Of a DNA stretch of 64,000 nucleotides, positions 31,880 to 41,909 are shown in pieces. The notes below the pieces were generated by a model. That model had not been told where the DNA came from. It saw only the letters and a program-made list of their open reading frames with translations, and searched no databases. This stretch comes from Gammaproteobacteria bacterium (GTDB taxonomy: Bacteria > Pseudomonadota > Gammaproteobacteria > UBA4575): the NCBI GenBank assembly GCA_965221955.1, contig CBDCTA010000003.1, positions 34,277 through 98,276 on the forward strand, written 5' to 3'. Numbering within the stretch: position 1 is the first letter of the stretch; every line of letters begins with the position of its first letter. The position numbers were made by a program, and so were the translations under genes.

Positions 31880-32302
31880 TTAGTTTGCGCAAGAGAAACG
31901 CATATTGCTTGTCGCAATGAGGTTCATTATATGGGCGATCGCATGAACTACACCACCTGCGAGAGTTAGCCAAGTTTCACCTTCGTGTGGAATAACCTGG
32001 TTTGAGATTAAAGTGCCAGCAAATAACGCAGTAAATACTAGGATACTGAGACCTATAGTCGCAATTATTATTGGAAGTATTTGCCTGTGACGTCGATAGC
32101 CAGCAATGATGGCAAATATACTGAATGGCAAGATAAATATTAAAATAAAGTGATGAAACCAAAATTCATGTAAAGCATGACCGTGTTGTAATGTTATTGC
32201 TAAAAATGGAATTAGACTCGCAATAATAGGAAAAGCAATGCAGTGTATTACGCATATGCACGATAGAGTAATGGCTATTCGATCAAAATAAGATTGAAGC
32301 AT
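31880..32302 (-). CDS. MerC-domain membrane protein (second paralogue)
   Basis: DRIAITLSCICVIHCIAFP, His-rich loop, AHIMN; start placed at ATG 32302. Confidence 0.85.
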   Translation of the reverse strand: MLQSYFDRIAITLSCICVIHCIAFPIIASLIPFLAITLQHGHALHEFWFHHFILIFILPFSIFAIIAGYRRHRQILPIIIATIGLSILVFTALFAGTLISNQVIPHEGETWLTLAGGVVHAIAHIMNLIATSNMRFSCAN

Positions 32303-32325
32303 GTTTAAAAATTTTAATGTGTAAT

Positions 32326-32787
32326 TTAGTGTTGCGCACATTGAGCGCATGTCCCATGTATTTCTACATTGACTAAGCTAGGTGTAAAACCTTGTTTTCT
32401 ACTGACATCTAATAGCGCTTTATTGACTTTCGGTTCAGATAGTTCTTCAACTTCATTGCATTCATCACAAATTAGAAATTTGCTATCAAAATTTTCGTGA
32501 TCAGAATTACAGCCTATATAAGCATTTTGGCTTTCAATACGATGAATTAAATTATGATCATGTAGAAAATCTAAAGCACGATAAACTGTAGGGGGTTTTT
32601 CACTAAAGTCTTCAGAACTCAATTTTGCAAGTATGTCGTAGGCCTTGATTGGTTTATGGCTTTTCCAAATTAACTCAAGAACTTTTTTGCGAATAGGTGT
32701 TAGGCGCGACTTGTTCTCACGGCAGACTTGTTCGGCCTTGAGAACGGCTTCTTTCATACACTGGCTATGTTTATGTCTTTGCCACAT
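32326..32787 (-). CDS. zur: Zinc uptake regulator Zur (Fur family)
   Basis: RLTPIR, AYDIL, KPPTVYRALDFL, two CxxC motifs; heads a zinc operon. Confidence 0.9.
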   Translation of the reverse strand: MWQRHKHSQCMKEAVLKAEQVCRENKSRLTPIRKKVLELIWKSHKPIKAYDILAKLSSEDFSEKPPTVYRALDFLHDHNLIHRIESQNAYIGCNSDHENFDSKFLICDECNEVEELSEPKVNKALLDVSRKQGFTPSLVNVEIHGTCAQCAQH

Positions 32788-32815
32788 ACTTACTAGGGTT
32801 AATCAGATAAAATAT

Positions 32816-32834
32816 AATGTTATGATATAACATA
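32816..32834. promoter_or_regulatory. Zur box upstream of zur
   Basis: TGTTATGATATAACA at 32818-32832. Confidence 0.8.
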
Positions 32835-32943
32835 TACTTTTGTAGCAAAAGGTCTAATCAAGCCATACCTATATCAACATAGTGTTGCTATGAAGAAATA
32901 GCTCAAGGGATTGTTGCCTAGTTAGATAACTAGTTTAAAAGGT

Positions 32944-33582
32944 TTAACGTGTGCCGTAGACGACAATGGTCTTGCCGTGAGCAGAAATGAGTCCTTGTTG
33001 TTGAAGTTCTTTTAATACTCGCCCAGCCATTTCACGAGAACAGCCTACGATTTTGGCAATTTCTTGGCGTGTAATTCGGATCTGCATGCCCTCAGGATGG
33101 GTCATGGCATCTGGTTGTTTCGCGAGATCAAGTAAAGTATGTGCTACACGACCTGTAACATCTAAATAGGCCAGATCGATTACTTTGCGGCTGGTGTCGC
33201 GTAAACGCTTGGCAAGCTGCCCTGCCATGTGCATCAAGATATCAGGATCGGTTTGTACTAATTCACGAAATTTTGAATATTGAATTTCGGCTACGTCACA
33301 CTGTTCTTTAGCAATGACTAAAGCACTGCGCTCGTTTTCCTCAAACAGACCCATTTCACCAAAAAAGTCACCCTTATTAAGATATGCTAAGACCATTTCA
33401 TGCCCAGTATCATCTTCGAGCATAATCTTTACTGAACCATGCGTGATGTAATACAAGGTGTTTGATGGATCGCCTGCATGGATAATACGGTTCCCAGAGG
33501 CATAGCGTTTGGTATGGCAATGTTCTAGAAAACGTTCCACTACAGATTCCTGTGTTGGTATTGATGGATTTAGATTGTTCAA
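32944..33582 (-). CDS. crp: cAMP receptor protein Crp/Vfr
   Basis: [42 protein letters not shown]. Confidence 0.95.
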   Translation of the reverse strand: MNNLNPSIPTQESVVERFLEHCHTKRYASGNRIIHAGDPSNTLYYITHGSVKIMLEDDTGHEMVLAYLNKGDFFGEMGLFEENERSALVIAKEQCDVAEIQYSKFRELVQTDPDILMHMAGQLAKRLRDTSRKVIDLAYLDVTGRVAHTLLDLAKQPDAMTHPEGMQIRITRQEIAKIVGCSREMAGRVLKELQQQGLISAHGKTIVVYGTR

Positions 33583-33665
33583 GTTAGTTTTCAGTGTTGT
33601 TATTTCGTTTAGTCTATGTCAAGTAACTCACTGATGTCGACAGAAAAAAGGATTAAACGGTAGTA

Positions 33666-34076
33666 ATGCAAGTACGAATCAAGTGGTTAGGAAAAAGGGT
33701 TTTCGAAGCAGAGACCGGGAGTGGTCATACTTTAACTATGGACGGTCCTCCTGACCATGGAGGGCAAAATTTAGCCGCACGCCCCATGGAAATGGTACTT
33801 GTGGGTTTAGGGGGGTGTAGTGCCTTTGATGTGGTCGAAATTTTAGAAAAATCGAGACAAAACGTTCAAGAGTGTCAGATTAAAGTCGATGCTGAGCGAG
33901 CGAATGAAATTCCAGCCGTTTTCACTAAGGTTCATATGCATTTCATGGTTGCAGGTGAAGGCTTGAATGAGAAGCATGTAAAACGAGCAGTTGAATTGTC
34001 AGTTGATAAATATTGTTCTGTTGCAAAGATGTTGCGTCCGGATGTCGAAATAACATTTGATTATGAGATGACATAA
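33666..34076 (+). CDS. OsmC-family protein (YhfA-like)
   Basis: RPMEMVLVGLGGCSAFDVV, KYCSV; divergent from crp. Confidence 0.9.
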   Translation: MQVRIKWLGKRVFEAETGSGHTLTMDGPPDHGGQNLAARPMEMVLVGLGGCSAFDVVEILEKSRQNVQECQIKVDAERANEIPAVFTKVHMHFMVAGEGLNEKHVKRAVELSVDKYCSVAKMLRPDVEITFDYEMT

Positions 34077-34112
34077 GACACACTAAGAATTATTAAATTA
34101 AAAAATTGTGAT

Positions 34113-34925
34113 ATGGAAAAAAAAATTAAATTACATGGATTTAATAATCTTACTAAAACCTTAAGCTTCAATTTTTATGATATTTGCTATGCCGCGACTC
34201 CGGAGCATCAGCAAGAGTATCTCGAATATGTAGATGAAGAATATAACGCTGCTCGTTTAGAGGCAGTGTTGAATGAGGTTACCAAGCGAATCGGTGCCAG
34301 TATTCTTCATATGTCGACCTATGATTATGAGCCACGTGGTGCGAGCGTCACTTGTTTAATCTCCGAAGAGCCAGTACTTGCTGAAGCGATTTTCTCAAAA
34401 GAAAATACACAATTTGAAGAGGCTAAAAAAGCATCAAAACAATCTACTGTTGGTCATTTAGATAAAAGCCATGTCACAGCACATACTTACCCAGAGTTTC
34501 ATCCCGACAATGGCATTAGTACATTTCGAGTCGATATTGACGTATCGACCTGTGGAAGGGTATCGCCTTTAAAAGCGTTAAATTTTCTTATTGATAGTTT
34601 CGACGAGGATATTGTAATTCTTGATTATAGGGTACGTGGGTTCACACGTGATGTAGATGGGTTAAAGCATTACATCGATCACGAGATTACATCAATACAA
34701 GATTTTTTATCAGAAAAAACAAAAAATCAGTATCAACTGATCGATATGAACGTCGATCAAGAAAATATTTTTCACACAAAGATGTTATTGAACGATTTTA
34801 AACTAGACAGTTATTTGTTTGGCCGAGGTGTCAATGAGTTCGATGTGAACGAACAACTAAAAATTGAAGAGCAATTAAAAAAAGAGATGAGTGAGATTTT
34901 TTACGGAATCAACTCCTTAGACTAA
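34113..34925 (+). CDS. speD: S-adenosylmethionine decarboxylase proenzyme
   Basis: [20 protein letters not shown] cleavage site, HTYPE, VSTCG. Confidence 0.95.
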   Translation: MEKKIKLHGFNNLTKTLSFNFYDICYAATPEHQQEYLEYVDEEYNAARLEAVLNEVTKRIGASILHMSTYDYEPRGASVTCLISEEPVLAEAIFSKENTQFEEAKKASKQSTVGHLDKSHVTAHTYPEFHPDNGISTFRVDIDVSTCGRVSPLKALNFLIDSFDEDIVILDYRVRGFTRDVDGLKHYIDHEITSIQDFLSEKTKNQYQLIDMNVDQENIFHTKMLLNDFKLDSYLFGRGVNEFDVNEQLKIEEQLKKEMSEIFYGINSLD

Positions 34926-35563
34926 AACCAATAAGAAGTTTTCGTCATAATTTTTGAAACAGCGGTCATCAATGTTTTAGCTGCTTGAGGCAGTTCGTAC
35001 GCACCAGCAGCTTGAGCTTTATTATCGTGCATTTCTTCATCTTCACGCATTTTTAATAATATTTCTCTACTCTTGCTATCTTCTTCTGGTAGACGCTCTA
35101 GGTGTTTATCCAAATGTTTTACCACTTGTTTCTCAGTTTCAGAAACAAAGCCTAAAGACCACTTATCACCAAATACTCCAACTGCTGCGCCCATTGCAAA
35201 CGAACCTAAATACCAAATAGGCGTGAACACGCTGGGGCGGTCATTCAGCTCAGTAAGCCGTTTTTCACACCAGTCTAAATGTGCCTGTTCCTCTTTTGCT
35301 GCTTGGCTAAAACTTTGCTTAATGGTTTCGTCTTTAGCTACGACGGAATGTCCATGATATAAGCCCTGGGCAGCAATTTCTCCTGCATGGTTAATGCGCA
35401 TTAAACGTGCTGAGTGTTTACGTTTTTCTGTACTTAATGTTGCCTTGTCTTCCACTTTATCTGCAGGTGAGGATGAAGACTTTGTATTGGGTTTTACAAA
35501 TAAAGTGCGTAAACCTTTGTCGATTTGTGAAAGCAGTTGATCTGTAGAGTTATAGTCTCGCAT
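34922..35563 (-). CDS. coq7: Demethoxyubiquinone hydroxylase Coq7
   Basis: [35 protein letters not shown] diiron motifs; start placed at ATG 35563. Confidence 0.92.
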   Translation of the reverse strand: MRDYNSTDQLLSQIDKGLRTLFVKPNTKSSSSPADKVEDKATLSTEKRKHSARLMRINHAGEIAAQGLYHGHSVVAKDETIKQSFSQAAKEEQAHLDWCEKRLTELNDRPSVFTPIWYLGSFAMGAAVGVFGDKWSLGFVSETEKQVVKHLDKHLERLPEEDSKSREILLKMREDEEMHDNKAQAAGAYELPQAAKTLMTAVSKIMTKTSYWF

Positions 35564-35567
35564 AGGC

Positions 35568-36761
35568 TTATTGTAACACTTGCTGCGCGAGCAAAGTGAT
35601 AGGGTGGCATGTTTTTGTCGATATATTTTCTTGTCTAAGGCGTGCTTGAAAGTGTAATGCACAGCCAATATTGTTGCTGACAAGATAGTCAGCGTCAGAC
35701 TGTTTCAGTTCATTAATTTTATTTTCGATAAGTTGGTTGGCCAGCTGAGGGTGGGTAGTGGTGTTCATGCCGCCAGCGCCACAGCAGCCTAACTCATCTG
35801 TGAATGAAAAAAGTTCAATGCCTGGTATAAAAGCTAGTAAATCCTCAATTACTCTAGCTTCGCTTATACTTAATGATTGTGAGCAAGGTTTTTGGACAAA
35901 CACTTTCTTGGTAAGAGGTTTAAATACTAAGTTATTTTGATTTAATTGTTTAAGCACTAATTCGTTAATGTCGATTAATGTACTGTCGAGTTCATTTTTG
36001 TAATGTTGAATTTGCGCACTGCAACCCGTACTTAAAATAGCTATGTAATCTGCATTTTGGTTATTATAAGTTTTTAAAAAATTATCATTAAGTGTTTTTG
36101 CGTTTTTAAAATCACCACAATGTTGGTGCAGTGCGCCACAACAAGACGTTTGTGTCTGCTCAATTACGTTACAGCCCAATTCTGATAATAGCAGTGTTGC
36201 TGCAGTGAGCGTCCTGTCACTAACGAGATCAGCCGCGCAAGAGTTTATAAGAACAACTCGATCACCGTTATTAGTCGTTTTTACGCAATTTATATTGAAG
36301 TGCTTTTGATCAGGTAATAGGTTTAATAAGCGCATTCTTTTAAATATGGGCAAATTGCTTAAGCAACGTGCAGCTGAGACTATTGGCTTAAATATTTTAC
36401 GAACTTGAGTGCTGCCTAAAATAAATAATAAAAAAAACTGTTGGACTTTGTTAACAAAACTTTGTTGCCTACGTGTGATGGCACGTCCTGCATCGATGAT
36501 TTTTTCGTAGTCTACATTTGCAGGGCAAGCGCTTTCACATTTCATGCAAGTTAAACAATGATCTAAATAAGAGTGTATTGTTTTACTGGGATATAATTGT
36601 TCTTCGTATAATGCGCGCACTAAAGCGATACGACCGCGTGGAGATTCGGGCTCTAATTTTGCAAGTTTGTAGGTAGGGCAGTGTGGTAGACACAAGCCAC
36701 ACATCACACATTCGTCTGCTGCTTGGATAATTTCATCTTTGTTTATGCTGTCAGTTAACAT
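35568..36761 (-). CDS. GlcF-like Fe-S oxidoreductase subunit
   Basis: CVMCGLCLPHCP, CLTCMKCESACP and two CCG domains. Confidence 0.85.
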   Translation of the reverse strand: MLTDSINKDEIIQAADECVMCGLCLPHCPTYKLAKLEPESPRGRIALVRALYEEQLYPSKTIHSYLDHCLTCMKCESACPANVDYEKIIDAGRAITRRQQSFVNKVQQFFLLFILGSTQVRKIFKPIVSAARCLSNLPIFKRMRLLNLLPDQKHFNINCVKTTNNGDRVVLINSCAADLVSDRTLTAATLLLSELGCNVIEQTQTSCCGALHQHCGDFKNAKTLNDNFLKTYNNQNADYIAILSTGCSAQIQHYKNELDSTLIDINELVLKQLNQNNLVFKPLTKKVFVQKPCSQSLSISEARVIEDLLAFIPGIELFSFTDELGCCGAGGMNTTTHPQLANQLIENKINELKQSDADYLVSNNIGCALHFQARLRQENISTKTCHPITLLAQQVLQ

Positions 36762-36907
36762 GATTTAATTAGGCATCTATATTTAGGTATGCTTTTTAAA
36801 ACGTCTTGGCCCAATTAGGAAATGGGTGCGAATGAGTGTCTTGTTACAATTGATTTATGAAGTGAACGGGTAGTTTGCCTTAGACAATATGATAAAGGTA
36901 ATTTGAT

Positions 36908-37213
36908 ATGTCTTATTACAAACGCCACTTGTTTATGTGTGTAAATGAGCGCGAGGATAAAAGTTGTTGTCAGGACCATGGCGCGGCTGAGCTTCGAAGC
37001 TATGCAAAAAATAAGACGAAAAAACTAGGTATTGCTGGGCAAGGAGGCGTAAGAGTCAATCAGGCAGGCTGTTTGGATCGTTGTTCTGAGGGTCCAGTAG
37101 CTGTTGTGTATCCAGATGGAGTTTGGTACCGCTATGCAGATGAAGCAGATCTTGATGAGATCATCGAAAAACATCTAATGAATGGTGAAGTGGTGGAGAG
37201 ATTGAAAATTTAG
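36908..37213 (+). CDS. Thioredoxin-like [2Fe-2S] ferredoxin
   Basis: HLFMCVN..CC, GCLDRCSEGP, VYPDGVWY. Confidence 0.92.
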   Translation: MSYYKRHLFMCVNEREDKSCCQDHGAAELRSYAKNKTKKLGIAGQGGVRVNQAGCLDRCSEGPVAVVYPDGVWYRYADEADLDEIIEKHLMNGEVVERLKI

Positions 37214-37309
37214 TTATCTCAAGTTAGGTACAGTTGCATGCTAATTTGTAATAGTTAGCTACAAATCGCTGCAATATCAGTTGACAAGAATAAAAGAATA
37301 TTAGAACAT

Positions 37310-37408
37310 ACGCATATTCTGATAGTTCATAGAAGCTTCAGAACTCCTCCATCTACTTCTGGTAGACATAGATTTGAGCGCGGAACGCAAGTCTCCGCGC
37401 TTTTTTTT
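37310..37408 (+). ncRNA. Candidate small RNA with CU-rich seed (PrrF-like)
   Basis: TTGACA at 37281; CTTCAGAACTCCTCCATC core; terminator AGCGCGGA/TCCGCGCT plus T-run; no ORF; 5' end approximate. Confidence 0.5.
37377..37408 (+). terminator. Intrinsic terminator
   Basis: AGCGCGGA-loop-TCCGCGCT followed by T-run. Confidence 0.85.
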
Positions 37409-37473
37409 GTCTGATTGCAGGATAAAGCCTTTAAAAATAGCCCAAAAGAGTCGTCTAGATCGCCTCTAATTCC

Positions 37474-37510
37474 TTGTCAGGACAGGCGTTGTTCGATAGT
37501 ATTTCGCGCC
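37474..37510 (+). promoter_or_regulatory. sigma70 promoter of rplM-rpsI
   Basis: TTGTCA-17 bp-TAGTAT followed by GC-rich discriminator TTCGCGCC. Confidence 0.65.
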
Positions 37511-37549
37511 TTTCACCAGTTATAAATATAGAATTACAACAGTACCCAT

Positions 37550-37987
37550 ATGCTTACTACTTCAACCGTCAGCGCCAAGCCTGCAGAAGTCCAACGCGAC
37601 TGGTATCTCATTGATGCCACAGATAAAACCTTAGGCCGCTTAGCCAGCGAGATTGCGCGACGTTTAAAAGGCAAACACAAGCCTATTTATACTCCGCATG
37701 TAGATACTGGTGATTGTATTGTTGTTATTAATGCTGAAAAGGTACGAATCACCGGAAACAAGCTAACTGGAAAGATGTACCATAAACACACCGGTTATGT
37801 AGGTAATTTGAAATCAGTACCTTTGGGTGAAATGTTAGCGAAGCACCCTGAGCGTGTTTTGGAAACGGCTGTGAAAGGTATGTTGCCAAAAAATCCTCTT
37901 GGTCGTGCAATGTTTCGAAAGTTAAAAGTATATGCGGGACCCGAGCACAACCATGCAGCACAACAACCACAAGTTTTAGAAATCTAG
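37550..37987 (+). CDS. rplM: 50S ribosomal protein L13
   Basis: [29 protein letters not shown]. Confidence 0.98.
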   Translation: MLTTSTVSAKPAEVQRDWYLIDATDKTLGRLASEIARRLKGKHKPIYTPHVDTGDCIVVINAEKVRITGNKLTGKMYHKHTGYVGNLKSVPLGEMLAKHPERVLETAVKGMLPKNPLGRAMFRKLKVYAGPEHNHAAQQPQVLEI

Positions 37988-38027
37988 GTTTTATAGGGCA
38001 ACACTCAAAATAATTGGAATCGAAAAA

Positions 38028-38420
38028 ATGGCAGCAGAACAATATTACGGAACAGGACGTAGAAAGAGCTCAACCGCCCGTGTGTATATGAAGCCCGGAA
38101 CAGGGAATATTACTATCAATATGCGTTCTGATGATCGTTATTTTGGTCGTCCGACTTCACGTATGATCATTCGCCAGCCATTTGAAGTGACCGATACATC
38201 AGGAACCTTTGATCTAAACATAATGGTTAAAGGTGGTGGACCTAATGGCCAGGCAGGGGCCATTCGACTTGGTATTGCGCGTGCATTGTTAAAATACAAT
38301 GAAGAGTTGCGTTCACCATTACGTCAAAATGGTTTGCTTACTCGTGATGCACGTGAAGTAGAACGTAAAAAAGTTGGCTTACGCAAGGCTCGCAAGAAAG
38401 AGCAATACTCTAAGCGTTAA
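38028..38420 (+). CDS. rpsI: 30S ribosomal protein S9
   Basis: YGTGRRK, GGG..GQAGA, ERKK, QYSKR. Confidence 0.98.
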   Translation: MAAEQYYGTGRRKSSTARVYMKPGTGNITINMRSDDRYFGRPTSRMIIRQPFEVTDTSGTFDLNIMVKGGGPNGQAGAIRLGIARALLKYNEELRSPLRQNGLLTRDAREVERKKVGLRKARKKEQYSKR

Positions 38421-38474
38421 TACTTCATCTACTTGCTACGCAATATCACTAGCAAGATCAACAAAACTTCAATT

Positions 38475-38501
38475 AAGTGCCCACATGTTGTGGGCACTTT
38501 T
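38475..38501 (+). terminator. Intrinsic terminator of rplM-rpsI
   Basis: AAGTGCCCACA-TGT-TGTGGGCACTT followed by T residues. Confidence 0.85.
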
Positions 38502-38561
38502 CGTTTTCATCATTGCACAAGGCTTGTGTGTTTTACTGTGAACTAGCAAAATGATTTTGCT

Positions 38562-39155
38562 ATGTCAGTTCACTACAAACCTGGCCAACGACAAGACTGT
38601 AGTCAGATTGCAAATTGGATCAATTCTATAGGTCATGGGCATATGGAATATTTGCTTGAAGGTCTTGTGTCTCACAGGACTGCGCTTCAGCAATTAGCAT
38701 ACGTGTTAAATACAGATCCCGTTTATTCGTTCAAAAATGTTGATTTAGCAATGGATGTTAGTTGTATTGCTGGCTTGGTGTTTTCCTATCACGCACAATT
38801 CAACCAACTGACACCAGAGATGCAAAGTGTTTTGACCGAAGACCGAGTTCAATGGATGCGATATTTTTCTGATCATCAGGTAGAGAATAGCTGGTATATC
38901 AACACATTAGGGGTTGCTGAAAAGTATCAAAGACAAGGTATTGCCAGTCAATTACTTGACCTCACAGCAAAAAGAGCATTGCAAAATAACATCCAGTGTT
39001 TAAGCTTGCATGTATACGTAAATAACTCTCAAGCTGTCAAATTGTATGAGTCATATGGATTTACTATAGAAAAAGAAATTGATTTAAGTGCTCACACATT
39101 TTTCATATCAAGAAATCTTTCTGCAAATATCTTAATGAAATGTAACCTCTCTTAA
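38562..39155 (+). CDS. GNAT acetyltransferase
   Basis: YINTLGV..YQRQGIA motif A; N..AVKLYESYGF motif B. Confidence 0.88.
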   Translation: MSVHYKPGQRQDCSQIANWINSIGHGHMEYLLEGLVSHRTALQQLAYVLNTDPVYSFKNVDLAMDVSCIAGLVFSYHAQFNQLTPEMQSVLTEDRVQWMRYFSDHQVENSWYINTLGVAEKYQRQGIASQLLDLTAKRALQNNIQCLSLHVYVNNSQAVKLYESYGFTIEKEIDLSAHTFFISRNLSANILMKCNLS

Positions 39156-39183
39156 AAACTCAAGTATTAATAGTGATGATATA

Positions 39184-39453
39184 ATGACCAAGTTAATTGT
39201 GATTGTAGTTGCAATACTGACAGTGGTTATAGCTTTGTTAGTAATATTGAATCGCACAAAAGTAATAACGATTAAAAATAAGCGTTTACTAGGGTCTTTA
39301 TATTTTGTGTTAGTCGCAGGGCTTATTTATCTTTCACTAGTGTTATTTGGTGGAACCGTTTGGCAACAAATTACCGCATACCGGGAGAGAGTGTTAAGTG
39401 AGTCAGAAGAAGAATGTAAAAAAGAGAACGCTCCTTATTGGTGTCATTTGTAA
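39184..39453 (+). CDS. Hypothetical small membrane protein
   Basis: Two hydrophobic segments; C-terminal C-x8-C. Confidence 0.55.
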   Translation: MTKLIVIVVAILTVVIALLVILNRTKVITIKNKRLLGSLYFVLVAGLIYLSLVLFGGTVWQQITAYRERVLSESEEECKKENAPYWCHL

Positions 39454-39463
39454 ATTTATAAAT

Positions 39464-39850
39464 ATGCAGAGTAAAAAATTATTCTTAGTTGTATTTATAT
39501 TTGCTGCGAATTCAAATTTAGTCATCGCAGAGGTGTATGGAGGAGGTTATTGGGAGGCTATTGGTTTAGGCAATATGCAATGCTTAGAATTTACAGCTAA
39601 AACTAAAGATGAGGCTTATAAAGAACTTGGAGCAGTCTGGTTATCGGGCTTTATGTCAGGTGTGAATTTTACTTCAGAGGATGTTTATGACATCACTTGG
39701 GGAGAGGATATTTATCTGCTTACTGATTTAGTTATCAAGCGTTGTGTGGAGCATCCAGACAAGCTCTTGTCCGACATTGCTACACAGATCGTGTATAACC
39801 GCTATCAAGACAAAAACTTTACCGCTACGAAAGATGTGAAAAATAAATAA
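39464..39850 (+). CDS. Exported hypothetical protein (HdeA-like helical pattern)
   Basis: Signal peptide from ATG 39464; GNMQCLEF..WLSGFMSGVN..C pattern. Confidence 0.6.
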   Translation: MQSKKLFLVVFIFAANSNLVIAEVYGGGYWEAIGLGNMQCLEFTAKTKDEAYKELGAVWLSGFMSGVNFTSEDVYDITWGEDIYLLTDLVIKRCVEHPDKLLSDIATQIVYNRYQDKNFTATKDVKNK

Positions 39851-39859
39851 TCCCAATAT

Positions 39860-41035
39860 CTATTTTTCGGGCAAATGCTTTAATAGGAAATTATTTATAT
39901 TTCCGCCCATAATTTTTGCAATTTGATTTTCAGTAAAGCCTGCCTGTATCAGAGCATGCGTTAGTTGCGATAGGTTCGATACCGTAAAGGGTACCGATAC
40001 GTTACCGTCAAAGTCTGAACCCAATGCAACATGTTCAATACCTACTAGCTTGCTGACATATCGGATCGACTCGACGATACCTGTAATACTTTTGCTACAA
40101 GTTGCGGTTGGCCAAAAGCCGATACCAATGACACCACCTGATTGAGCTATTTGTTTGATGTGTTGGTCACTAAGATTACGTTGTGATGGGCAAACTCCTT
40201 GAACTCCAGTATGGGTGGCTAAAATTGGGCGTTTGCTTAAATCAAAAATATCTTCAATTAATTTCGGCGAAGCATGTGAAATGTCTATAAGCATTTCTAA
40301 TTTTTCCATGCGCTTAAGCACTTGTTTGCCAAACTTAGTAATGCCGCTTTTATGAATACCATGTGCTGAGCCACCCAGCTGATTATCAAAAAAATGTGCA
40401 AAGCCGATGATCCTAAAACCTGCGACATATAAAAGGTCTAAGTTCTCAAGCTTACCTTCTAATGCATGTGCACCTTCAAGACTCAGAATACCAGCAGTCA
40501 TTACTGGTTGATGTTCGCGCTGTATTAGATAGTTTGAAAAATCTTTTTTGGTTTTAATTAAGAAAAATTGATTAGTGGGCTCAGCTGCTATGTGTTGAAG
40601 TTTTTTCGCTTGGTAGTTTGCGCGTTCTAGCAAACTAAACCAGGTTTTGGGCGACCATCCTTGTACGATCGAAAGTAAGGTAATGTTGTCTGTATCTGCC
40701 GAATTTTTATTTAAATTAAGGTTCTTTGGAGTTTTTGTAACGACTGAGAATACTTGTAGCCCTACATTGCCTTCGCGTAAACGCGGGATGTCGACGTGTC
40801 CATAGTCCGATTTTTTTGCCAAATTACGATTCCACAACAGTGAGTCGGAGTGCAAATCTGCAATGAATAATGATTGATGTAGATGTTTGGTTTGCTCAGG
40901 AAGCTCTATAGTTTGGCTCAGCTGCACTCGGTTGCGTGATTTTTCAATATAGGCGGACAACCAATTAGAGAGTAGTCCTAAGGCGACTACTAGTGTTATG
41001 GCAATTATAAATAAAGACTTTGATTTAAATTTCAT
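39860..41035 (-). CDS. Membrane dipeptidase (peptidase M19)
   Basis: DLHSD, SLEG, DISH, ALGSDFDG. Confidence 0.92.
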   Translation of the reverse strand: MKFKSKSLFIIAITLVVALGLLSNWLSAYIEKSRNRVQLSQTIELPEQTKHLHQSLFIADLHSDSLLWNRNLAKKSDYGHVDIPRLREGNVGLQVFSVVTKTPKNLNLNKNSADTDNITLLSIVQGWSPKTWFSLLERANYQAKKLQHIAAEPTNQFFLIKTKKDFSNYLIQREHQPVMTAGILSLEGAHALEGKLENLDLLYVAGFRIIGFAHFFDNQLGGSAHGIHKSGITKFGKQVLKRMEKLEMLIDISHASPKLIEDIFDLSKRPILATHTGVQGVCPSQRNLSDQHIKQIAQSGGVIGIGFWPTATCSKSITGIVESIRYVSKLVGIEHVALGSDFDGNVSVPFTVSNLSQLTHALIQAGFTENQIAKIMGGNINNFLLKHLPEK

Positions 41036-41148
41036 TTACCAGATGTAAAGATGCGATTATTGAAAAAAGTTATGCTGTATGTATTACTTTGTTTTGGAAA
41101 CCTTCTTGCTTTGGCAAAGTCTAAAGTTGCTATAGCATAAATATATAG

Positions 41149-41511
41149 TTGCTTAGAGTGTTGGTAAAACAAAAATATTTAAAAATACTGTTCTGGCTGT
41201 TAGCGATAGCAGTGCTGGTATTATCTTGTTTACCGGGTTCAGGTACTTTTGCGATTCAATACTTGGATAAGTTTGCCCACTTTTTAACTTTCTTTGCCTT
41301 GTCTATTTTACTGTTGTTTGCCTATGAATTTAGTAGGCCTTTTTTTGTAACTGCGTTACTCATGGCCTTATTTGGCTTGGCAATTGAAGTATTGCATTTA
41401 TACATTCCAAACCGCGTATTTAGCTTGTATGACTTTGCTGCAAATGTGATGGGTATTTTGGTAGCCTTTGTAGCTTACAAGCTGCTTTATCAAAAGCTAA
41501 AATTTGTTTGA
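41149..41511 (+). CDS. VanZ-family membrane protein
   Basis: DKFAHF, IEVLH..IPNR, DFAAN. Confidence 0.85.
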   Translation: MLRVLVKQKYLKILFWLLAIAVLVLSCLPGSGTFAIQYLDKFAHFLTFFALSILLLFAYEFSRPFFVTALLMALFGLAIEVLHLYIPNRVFSLYDFAANVMGILVAFVAYKLLYQKLKFV

Positions 41512-41518
41512 TAGCCTT

Positions 41519-41896
41519 TTAGGCAGCAGTTACTTGAATTGCATCACCGCTGTGTACATTTTTCAATGCAGTTAAATCGTAACTTGTATGTGCCCAAATA
41601 TTGGTACGAGCCGCAAGTCTAATTTCATTAGCATGTGAAATCGGTGTAGGTCCAAATCCTATAGCGATACAGTTACCTTCGACCCAAAAGGCGAGCTCTC
41701 CAAGCTCGACGACATCTTTAGCATCGTCTTCTAAGATTTGATTGGTTACAGGAATCGAAAAATATACTTCGTCCCCCCACGTTTGTGCCTGCGATTCAAA
41801 AGGTAGGGCTGCATAAATAGCATCTGCGGTTGAACTATTACTTAAATTGGCAGTAATTTTATGCTCGTTAATAGTAATAAGAATTGCACGTGACAT
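41519..41896 (-). CDS. Cyclophilin-like fold protein (TM1367-like)
   Basis: ALPF..WGDEVYF, GELAFW, IGFGPTP. Confidence 0.85.
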   Translation of the reverse strand: MSRAILITINEHKITANLSNSSTADAIYAALPFESQAQTWGDEVYFSIPVTNQILEDDAKDVVELGELAFWVEGNCIAIGFGPTPISHANEIRLAARTNIWAHTSYDLTALKNVHSGDAIQVTAA

Positions 41897-41909
41897 AGCA
41901 AAACAATGT

